Shown one piece after another: positions 6,670 to 15,625 of a DNA stretch of 32,000 nt. Origin of the DNA: Candidatus Saccharimonadota bacterium (GTDB taxonomy: Bacteria; Patescibacteriota; Saccharimonadia; Saccharimonadales; Saccharimonadaceae); contig MKSO01000001.1 in the NCBI GenBank assembly GCA_001897305.1, positions 150,001-182,000 on the forward strand, in the 5' to 3' direction. The notes under the pieces were generated by a model, which worked only from the letters and a program-made list of their open reading frames with translations, searched no databases and had not been told where the DNA came from. A program made the translations under genes and the position numbers. Numbering within the stretch: position 1 is the first letter of the stretch; every line of letters starts with the position of its first letter.

Positions 6670-7276
6670 GCAAAACAAACACACGCACAAAAACAGTTAA
6701 AAGCACCACACCTTAACAATTCAACCAATGGTTACTATGACCACCTTTTGACGGAAAAGTCGGTGACGCCTCCTTGTCTCCACCTTTATTTGTCGAAGAG
6801 ATCTTTATTGCCTTGTTATAGGGTAACGCACCTTATGATCCTTCGACTAAAACTCCTTATGGAGCTTTTACTTTAACCAAAACAGACAGTAGAGAAAAAG
6901 TAGATGGCATCACCGATGCTCCGCGCAAAAGCGTTTGACCGAGAGTACCTTCTCGGGTCAAGTAAATCCTTGTTTTTCACCAGGTAGATTCTTCTTTCGA
7001 ATAGCCAAACAGTAGTGTAAAGCCGGTATGACACTTGACCCGATAGTGGGAAATTGGGCTATGAGCAAACGATAGATGCCCCGGGTTTTCCCGGAGCGGT
7101 CAGATAGTCCAGCGGTACCCAGATTTATCGGTACACACGCCCAATATTTATTTCCAGCGGCGTTTGCTGTTGCCTGAATCGCTACGGGCTACCGCTTGGA
7201 CTCCACGAATGCCCCAGCTGGAATGGGCGCTCTTTTACTTTGTAAGCGTAACCAATAACGGTGTAGATATGCTATT

Positions 7277-7672
7277 ATGACAGAGATGTTACCAAGAATA
7301 GTTGCCACCGCTTCCACAGCAAGCCTCTGCGTGCTTAGTTTAATGCTGACATTTACTTCTCCGGCAACCGCTGGACCGTTCGGCTTATTAGTGATCTTTA
7401 TCTCGGCTTATCTTACTCTTATGGGTTTGATAAGCTTTTTTTTGTTTGGTATGAATCGCTTGTTAATAATGGTGTCTAGTGGCATGACATTACGCCGTCC
7501 TTTGCAGCCCCTCCTTTTTCGCAGGGCATATTATTTTAGTACAGTACTTGCCGCTGCTCCAGTTATGCTGATTGGTCTTCAGTCCGTTCAGTCGGTAGGC
7601 ATATATGAAATACTGTTGGTTGTTATTTTCGAAATAGTGGCTTGTTTGTATGTAAGTAAGCGAATGCGCTGA
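7277..7672 (+). CDS. Hypothetical multi-pass membrane protein (131 aa)
   Basis: The ORF has about four hydrophobic helices. TGc-TATTAT (7270-7278) overlaps the first ATG, and a second in-frame ATG at 7286 lies 8 nt past the -10. No SD. A terminator hairpin lies at 7744-7766. Confidence 0.55.
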   Translation: MTEMLPRIVATASTASLCVLSLMLTFTSPATAGPFGLLVIFISAYLTLMGLISFFLFGMNRLLIMVSSGMTLRRPLQPLLFRRAYYFSTVLAAAPVMLIGLQSVQSVGIYEILLVVIFEIVACLYVSKRMR

Positions 7673-7707
7673 AAAGCATGAGCCACCTACTTTTTACTCG
7701 ATCACTT

Positions 7708-7730
7708 GTGCTATATCTTTGATATAGCAC
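7708..7730. promoter_or_regulatory. Perfect 10-bp palindrome (possible operator or hairpin)
   Basis: GTGCTATATC (7708-7717), TTT, GATATAGCAC (7721-7730). The left arm shares the 11-mer CTTGTGCTATA with the promoter at 7777-7787. Confidence 0.3.
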
Positions 7731-7743
7731 TGCGTCGTCTCGG

Positions 7744-7766
7744 AAAAACATATTACTTATGTTTTT
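7744..7766. terminator. AT-rich hairpin terminator after the 131-aa ORF
   Basis: AAAAACATA (7744-7752) / TATGTTTTT (7758-7766), 9 bp, 5-nt loop. The A-run and T-run are built into the arms. Confidence 0.45.
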
Positions 7767-7780
7767 CACTCGCCTCCTTG

Positions 7781-7789
7781 TGCTATAAT
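7781..7789 (+). promoter_or_regulatory. Extended -10 promoter (TGcTATAAT) for the 142-aa ORF and the coupling-protein gene
   Basis: TG at 7781-7782 and a consensus TATAAT at 7784-7789. The ATG at 7797 is 8 nt downstream, implying a leaderless or near-leaderless mRNA. Confidence 0.5.
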
Positions 7790-7796
7790 TCCAGGT

Positions 7797-8225
7797 ATGC
7801 AGCCCGAGAATTCTCAGCACACTACACCTAGTGTTGAACAGCTCCCAATGCCACCAGCAGTTGGGCCTGAAACCGTGCCAACGCTGCCATCTATCGATTC
7901 TCAACTTGAGAGAGGGCAAGAACGATTTGAACAAGCTGCTGAAGCTGGCGCGAGCGTCAGTGACGCGGCCGCAGTAGCTAGTAGTGTAGCAGTACCCGTG
8001 GCGCAGCCAGTTGTACCACAAGATATAGCACAACCAGTTGTATCTTCGACAACGCCATTAGTAGCGGCGGATGAAGACCTGATTGAAAAAGAATGGGTCG
8101 ACAAAGCAAAAGAGATTATCGAGCAAACGCGTGATGACCCCTATGTGCGGACGCAGCGAGTCAATGAGCTCCAGCGTGACTACTTGCAAAAAAGATACGG
8201 CAAAGTAGTCGGTGCACAAGAATAA
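7797..8225 (+). CDS. Hypothetical protein (142 aa) with a P/A/V-rich N-terminal half and a conserved-looking charged C-terminal helix region
   Basis: ORF directly after the consensus -10. The C-terminus reads DLIEKEWVDKAKEIIEQTRDDPYVRTQRVNELQRDYLQKRYG. It lies immediately upstream of the coupling-protein gene on the same strand. Confidence 0.6.
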   Translation: MQPENSQHTTPSVEQLPMPPAVGPETVPTLPSIDSQLERGQERFEQAAEAGASVSDAAAVASSVAVPVAQPVVPQDIAQPVVSSTTPLVAADEDLIEKEWVDKAKEIIEQTRDDPYVRTQRVNELQRDYLQKRYGKVVGAQE

Positions 8226-8262
8226 GCCACACAAACGAGCGTTCTAAAGGGAAGAGGGGAAG

Positions 8263-11253
8263 GTGCTAGGAGTAATTATAACCATACTGATCATCGTGCT
8301 TGCGGCCGCAGGTGTGGGTGTCTTTGCTTTGATGCAGTATCGGAAGGTAGTTCGAGAAGCAAAAAATTATGAACGCGGCCTTAAGATGGTGCCGCTTTAT
8401 ATACATATACCTCCTATTAGCTCGGATATTGAAGGCAACGGTCGTGACGAGCGTGACCTTACTGAAGAAGTGCTCAGCCAGGCACAGGTGATGTATAACA
8501 TTATTGCCAGCACAGCTACCAAGGGCTTTAAAAGCCGTATTTACGGCCAACGCCACGTGTCGTTTGAAATTGTCGCCCACGAAGGCTTGGTACATTATTA
8601 TGCAGTTGTTCCGGTTTCACTGGTCGACGTTATACAGCAGGCGGTGGCGGCGGCCTATCCAGCGGCGCGCCTAGAAGAAGTGAGTGAGCGCAACATTTTT
8701 AACCCGGCGGGTCGCATGAGCGGCACGATCGGTGGTGAGTTTACACTAAAGAAAGAATTCGCCTTTCCAATCGCCACCTACCAAGAGGCAAAGCGCGATG
8801 CTACCCGTGCGCTTTTGAACGCATTGTCCGGTGCTACTCGCGAAGATGGCGTAGGTATCCAGATTCTTATTCGCCCAGCCCAAGAAGGTTGGGCTAAGGG
8901 TGCGCAATCTTTGGCGGATAGCATCCGCAAGGATAAGGGAAAGAAGGGCGCTCCACAAACTGTGCTGACAGGTTTAATGGAGGCACTTTGGAAACCGCCA
9001 GAAGCTGAGGAGGTTAAACCTGAGGATAAGCAGCTCAGTAGTACAGACCAAGCAAAAGTTGAGGCTATTGAAGACAAAACACGCTATCCGGCCTACGAAA
9101 CCCTTATACGAGTTGTGGCTTCTTCTAATACGTCGGCTCGCTCGCAGGCACTTATGAATAATGTAGTGTCAGCTTTTTCATTATTCGATTCGGTTCAAAA
9201 TAATGGCTTTAAATTTGCGGTGTCGAAGAATATTGAAGAGTTTGTGACGGCATATATTTTCCGATTCTTCCCGCAAGAAGTAAATCAGAATATTCTTAAC
9301 ACGGTCGAATTGGCTACAATCTTCCATCTGCCGAACCAAAGCTCTATTCCGACCTCTCAAGTGCAGCGCCAGGCCGCTAAGCAAGTAGATGGCCCAACGC
9401 AAATAATGGAAGAAGGGTTCCTGTTAGGGTATAACGAGTTCCGTGGGGTAAAGAAGCCGATTCGTTTGGGCACCAAAGACCGCCGCCGCCACACCTATAT
9501 TATTGGTCAAACAGGTACTGGTAAGTCGAAACTGCTTGAGAACCTTGCTTACCAAGACATGATGGACGGACGGGGCTTTGCCTTTATCGATCCGCATGGT
9601 GACTCTGCCGAAGAGTTGCTTGGCATGGTACCGAAAGAGCGGGTTGAGGATGTTATTTACTTTGCGCCAGGCGAAATGGAGATGCCGATAGGCTTGAACT
9701 TGTTCGAGTTCGAAAACCAAGACCAGCGCGACTTTATCATTCAAGAAACCATAGCAATGCTGTATAAGTTGTATGACCCAGGCCACACAGGTATTATTGG
9801 CCCACGTTTCGAATCGTGGTTCCGTCACGCTGCTTTAACTGTCATGGCCGATCCTGCCGGTTCATCATTCCTCGATGTGCAGCAGGTATTTATCGACCAA
9901 GCCTTTGCCGACGAAAAGATAAAGCATGTTACGCAGCAGACAACGCTTGATTTCTGGAATAAAGAAATGGCTCAAACCACTGAAAGCGCTAAGGGTGAGA
10001 TGCTGGGATGGTTTGCTAGTAAGTTCGGTGCCTTCCTGGCAAACGACATGATGCGTAATATTATTGGCCAAACCAAGAGTGGGTTTAACCTTCGCGAGAT
10101 CATGGATAACAAGAAGATCTTGCTAGTGAATCTATCTAAGGGCCGAGTAGGTGAACTTAATTCGCAATTACTAGGTATGATCTTTGTGATGAAGTTCAAC
10201 GCGGCAGCCATGGGCCGTGCTGATATGCCCGAATCAGAGCGTCAAGACTTTAGTTTATACGTGGATGAGTTCCAAAACTTTGCCACCGATAGCTTCGCGA
10301 CTATTCTGTCTGAGGCTCGTAAGTATCGTTTGAGCCTTATTCTTGCGAACCAGTTTATGACCCAGCTAACCGACCAGATTCGTGAAGCTATCCTGGGTAA
10401 CATTGGTACGGTCATTAGTGGTCGTATTGGTATTACTGACGCCGAAGTGCTTATTAAGAAGTTTACGCCTACCTTTGACGTCGAAGACCTTACGCGTATG
10501 CCTAACTTCCAAACTATTGCATCCGTGATGATCCAGGACGTACCTTCAGCTGCCTTTAGTATGTCGTTATTACCACCGTTGGGGCAATCGAACCCAGAAC
10601 TGCGTGATGCTTTAAAGCGACTATCGGCTACAAAGTACGGCAAGCCACGCGCCCAAGTCGAGCAAGAGTTCTTCAAGCGTATGGGTGCTGGTGACGAAGC
10701 TAAGAAGCAGAAGATGGAAGCCTTAAAAAAGGCCCAGGAAGAGCGTATGGCAGCCTTTAAGGCTGGTAGCCCTGCTGGTCCGCTTCCAAACCCAACGCAG
10801 CCCCAACCAACCGCCAGCGGGCCTATGGCGCCGCCTCAGCCACCATCATTCTTAGACGACTGGCTCGCTAAGCGCCAGCAAATTATGAGTCAGCAGCCAA
10901 GTAAGACGGCACCGCAAGGCCCATCGGCGCAAAAAACACCTGCGGGCCCTGCCATGCCTGTGGCGACTCCAGCTCCGCAGCCAAACCCTGCCTTTGGTCC
11001 AACGGCTCGTCTTGATACGCAGGCTCAACCAGCCCAGCCGCTCCAGCAACCCGTACAGCCGTTACAGTCTCAGCCTACTTCCTTTGATGTTAAGCCCGCA
11101 CAGCAATCTATTGCGAATAGCAAGGTAAAGTCAGCCCCAGTCGCTTCGGCGACTCCTGAGGTCCCTCAAGCTCCTGTTGAGCCTGAAAAATTGCACGTAC
11201 GCGACACAACAGCAAATGCCAGTGACGATGGCGTTTCAATTAAACTGCGATAA
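8263..11253 (+). CDS. Type IV secretion coupling-protein-like ATPase (VirD4/TraG/TraD family) with an N-terminal TM anchor and a C-terminal P/Q-rich tail
   Basis: 996 aa, GTG start after a GAGGGGAAG SD. TM helix VIITILIIVLAAAGVGVFAL. Walker A at YIIGQTGTGKSKLL followed by AFIDPHGD. Walker B at FSLYVDEFQNF, then SEARKYRLSLILANQ. The last roughly 190 aa are proline/glutamine-rich low complexity. Confidence 0.85.
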   Translation: MLGVIITILIIVLAAAGVGVFALMQYRKVVREAKNYERGLKMVPLYIHIPPISSDIEGNGRDERDLTEEVLSQAQVMYNIIASTATKGFKSRIYGQRHVSFEIVAHEGLVHYYAVVPVSLVDVIQQAVAAAYPAARLEEVSERNIFNPAGRMSGTIGGEFTLKKEFAFPIATYQEAKRDATRALLNALSGATREDGVGIQILIRPAQEGWAKGAQSLADSIRKDKGKKGAPQTVLTGLMEALWKPPEAEEVKPEDKQLSSTDQAKVEAIEDKTRYPAYETLIRVVASSNTSARSQALMNNVVSAFSLFDSVQNNGFKFAVSKNIEEFVTAYIFRFFPQEVNQNILNTVELATIFHLPNQSSIPTSQVQRQAAKQVDGPTQIMEEGFLLGYNEFRGVKKPIRLGTKDRRRHTYIIGQTGTGKSKLLENLAYQDMMDGRGFAFIDPHGDSAEELLGMVPKERVEDVIYFAPGEMEMPIGLNLFEFENQDQRDFIIQETIAMLYKLYDPGHTGIIGPRFESWFRHAALTVMADPAGSSFLDVQQVFIDQAFADEKIKHVTQQTTLDFWNKEMAQTTESAKGEMLGWFASKFGAFLANDMMRNIIGQTKSGFNLREIMDNKKILLVNLSKGRVGELNSQLLGMIFVMKFNAAAMGRADMPESERQDFSLYVDEFQNFATDSFATILSEARKYRLSLILANQFMTQLTDQIREAILGNIGTVISGRIGITDAEVLIKKFTPTFDVEDLTRMPNFQTIASVMIQDVPSAAFSMSLLPPLGQSNPELRDALKRLSATKYGKPRAQVEQEFFKRMGAGDEAKKQKMEALKKAQEERMAAFKAGSPAGPLPNPTQPQPTASGPMAPPQPPSFLDDWLAKRQQIMSQQPSKTAPQGPSAQKTPAGPAMPVATPAPQPNPAFGPTARLDTQAQPAQPLQQPVQPLQSQPTSFDVKPAQQSIANSKVKSAPVASATPEVPQAPVEPEKLHVRDTTANASDDGVSIKLR

Positions 11254-11258
11254 GTTTG

Positions 11259-11855
11259 TTACACTTTTTTGCCAGTAATCATGGCTTTGAAGAAGTCGTA
11301 AAGAAGACCAATTACCCAGCCGACAATAAATGCCCCAATGGTCTCGAAGCCCGAAAGAGGGTAGCCGTAGAATTTTGCCACAAGATAGACGCCAAGTACC
11401 AATACGAATGCCACGACGGCCCCTGATAAGATGGCGTTAGGACGCGCGACGGTGCCGCCAATAGCTTCACTGGTTTTTTCTACTACTGGGTTATGAATAA
11501 GCTTACTAAAGGTACGCGCGGTCGGCTTAAGCTCGGACTGAATATGCTTCATATGTTGTTTGTAGCTGGCGTCGCGTTCCTTTTTGTTCACAACACCGTG
11601 ACGTCGGCGAGCAGGGGAGCTGGTTGCTTCCTTAGATTTCTTTTCGGCACTGCCGCGTTCAACACTCACGGCCTCTTTTAGCGCTTCTATTTTGGCTTTC
11701 TCGGCTGCTTTCTCGGCGTTTTCAATGGGCTTTTCAGCAGCCCGCTCGATCTTCGCGTCTGCCCTCAGGTAGCCCTCTAGCTGTTCCGGAGTAAGTTCTT
11801 TCGCTTCTGGCGAAGTAATTTTCTCTGGTGTTGTTGGTGCTTGTTCAGCGGCCAT
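11259..11855 (-). CDS. Hypothetical membrane protein (198 aa) with a charged Ala/Glu/Lys-rich N-terminal region and two C-terminal TM helices
   Basis: Its ATG overlaps the stop of the upstream gene (TAATG at 11857-11853), with a GGAGGG SD inside the upstream gene. TM segments ILSGAVVAFVLVLGVYLVA and IGAFIVGWVIGLLYDFF. Confidence 0.7.
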   Translation of the reverse strand: MAAEQAPTTPEKITSPEAKELTPEQLEGYLRADAKIERAAEKPIENAEKAAEKAKIEALKEAVSVERGSAEKKSKEATSSPARRRHGVVNKKERDASYKQHMKHIQSELKPTARTFSKLIHNPVVEKTSEAIGGTVARPNAILSGAVVAFVLVLGVYLVAKFYGYPLSGFETIGAFIVGWVIGLLYDFFKAMITGKKV

Positions 11856-13411
11856 TATAGGGTCCCTCCGTTAATATCGCGGCGTATAAGGCGCACTTCG
11901 GTGCCAAGCTGACGGGCTCGGAAGTAGAAGAAGGCAACTATCGCAAGAACTACGCCTGCAAAGATAATGTTCTCTGTTGGTCCAGTGTGAGGAAGTTCTG
12001 GAACTACTGTTTCGATAACTTTCGGAGCCGGGCAGTCGACCGAGAAGACAACCGATGTATCATAAAAGGTATTTTCGATACGGCAGTCGTACGATGAAGC
12101 GTCGCTAATGCCTTTGGGTGTCGCTGGTATCGTGTCGAGTAGCTGTACGGAGAATACGCGTACTTGTTTTTCGCCAGGCTTAAGTGATATAACGGGCCAG
12201 CTCAATATGCGCGACGATGAATTAAAGCTGCCCCCTCCAGCATCGATAAGTCTACTGTACTCGAGCGTGTCGCCGATAGTATCTTCAAAGGTAAAGTCTT
12301 TGGCGGTGCCACCGCTATTCTGGGCCGTTAACGTAAAAGTAATGCGATCCTTAGCTTTAGCGGTTACTGTGGTAGCATTTACGTTACCCTGGGATACGTT
12401 TGTAGCCGTCTTTGAAAGTTCAATCTTTGCTGGGGGGGTAACACAGCCTACAGGCACGGTAACGGTCTTGTCTGTGAAGTTATTTGTCATAGAGCAATCT
12501 GTTGTTTTAGAGATCAACGTACTATTCATTTGTACGGTGTAGCTATGGCTGATAGTTGCGCCTGGTTCGACATTTACAGAAGGCCACTTTAGCGTTTGTA
12601 TGCTTGCATTATATGTTCCGCCCCCGTTATCAATGAGTTTGGCATATTGTAAGACACTTTTTAGGTTATCTGAGAAATCTACGACCTTAGCGGTGCCGCC
12701 TGTATTTTGGGCCGTGATAGTATAGGTAATTTTGTCATTAGCTTGAGCTGCCTTTTTAGAGGCATCTATTTTTTGTGTAGAGTTAACCGCCTTTTTAGAA
12801 GCGATTATGTTTGCTGGTGCGGGCGGTGGCGTTGGTGGAGTAGGGTAGATATCAGTAATTAAGTTACCGCAGTATTGCATAATAGCGAACCAGCCTATTT
12901 TACTTGAGTGGCCGAGGTATCCCCAGATTTGATCGGATCGACTATTCATTATATTAAGGGGTCGCCCATACAGGGTTGTGACGGGCTGGAAATTTCCATC
13001 GGTGATACTCACTGCCTTTGCACCGGCGCGGTTCTCAAAACCCCAGCCGATCTTGTCACCAACAGTGAAGGTCGCAAAATGAGTTGCGGTAATTTCATCG
13101 CGAGTAATGCCGAAGTAGTTATAGATATCTTGTAGGTGGCGTTCATTGCGGTCGTAAGGCCCAAGGAAGTTGTTAAAACTACGTGCCGAGCCAAGACCAA
13201 GACCACCCGGTATCATGTCACCTGGGTTTGAAGCGTTTGCTGGCTCTGGTGCCTGAAAAACAACTAAGCTCTGAACAACGAGCGCCAGTGCGACAAAAAT
13301 CAGCCCTAAGCGTCGTGTCGCTTCTTCTTTTCGGAGCCTACGTGCATAAAAAGCTAACTGCCCAACCAGGGCTGGGCTAAACGAGAGCTGCGAGACGATC
13401 TTTTTGAACAT
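11855..13411 (-). CDS. Cell-surface protein with an N-terminal membrane anchor or signal, two DUF11-like repeat domains and a C-terminal LPHTG sortase sorting signal
   Basis: 518 aa. N-terminus RRLGLIFVALALVVQSLVVF. Repeats contain KITYTITAQNTGGTAKVVDFSDNL and RITFTLTAQNSGGTAKDFTFEDTI. The C-terminus is LPHTG, a hydrophobic stretch (IIFAGVVLAIVAFFYF) and RAR. Confidence 0.85.
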   Translation of the reverse strand: MFKKIVSQLSFSPALVGQLAFYARRLRKEEATRRLGLIFVALALVVQSLVVFQAPEPANASNPGDMIPGGLGLGSARSFNNFLGPYDRNERHLQDIYNYFGITRDEITATHFATFTVGDKIGWGFENRAGAKAVSITDGNFQPVTTLYGRPLNIMNSRSDQIWGYLGHSSKIGWFAIMQYCGNLITDIYPTPPTPPPAPANIIASKKAVNSTQKIDASKKAAQANDKITYTITAQNTGGTAKVVDFSDNLKSVLQYAKLIDNGGGTYNASIQTLKWPSVNVEPGATISHSYTVQMNSTLISKTTDCSMTNNFTDKTVTVPVGCVTPPAKIELSKTATNVSQGNVNATTVTAKAKDRITFTLTAQNSGGTAKDFTFEDTIGDTLEYSRLIDAGGGSFNSSSRILSWPVISLKPGEKQVRVFSVQLLDTIPATPKGISDASSYDCRIENTFYDTSVVFSVDCPAPKVIETVVPELPHTGPTENIIFAGVVLAIVAFFYFRARQLGTEVRLIRRDINGGTL

Positions 13412-13628
13412 AATGTGTTTTTAGTTTTACTTTAACCTCTTGCTTAAACATTAGCATAATAATTATGTTCAAAGCAAGGAAAAAAGCGTGAAATTTTGTG
13501 TTCAATCCAGGGGTATAGCACAAAAAGTGTAGTATATGGTATACTTATGGCAGATAAATTGGCCGGTGGGGTCCGAAAAAACCGTCCCAAAGGCGGCAAG
13601 TCAGTCAGATACAGGGGAGATAAGGTAA

Positions 13629-15608
<1,980 letters not shown>

Positions 15609-15625
15609 GGGATAAGGAATAGTTT

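Noticed and set aside
6500-6709. 69-aa minus-strand ORF in the AT-rich cassette
   Set aside because: Its composition (Ile/Leu/Phe/Lys/Cys-rich) is driven by AT-rich sequence. It has no SD and overlaps the promoter-like element, so it is most likely non-coding.
6721-7260. Possible pseudogene or recoded gene in the ORF-free region (a minus-strand frame with a 57-codon open stretch)
   Set aside because: That frame has 7 stops in about 180 codons, about the random expectation. TAA, TAG and TGA are all used as genuine stops by neighbouring genes (rplT TAA, gyrB TAG, the 131-aa ORF TGA). Stop-codon reassignment therefore does not explain it.
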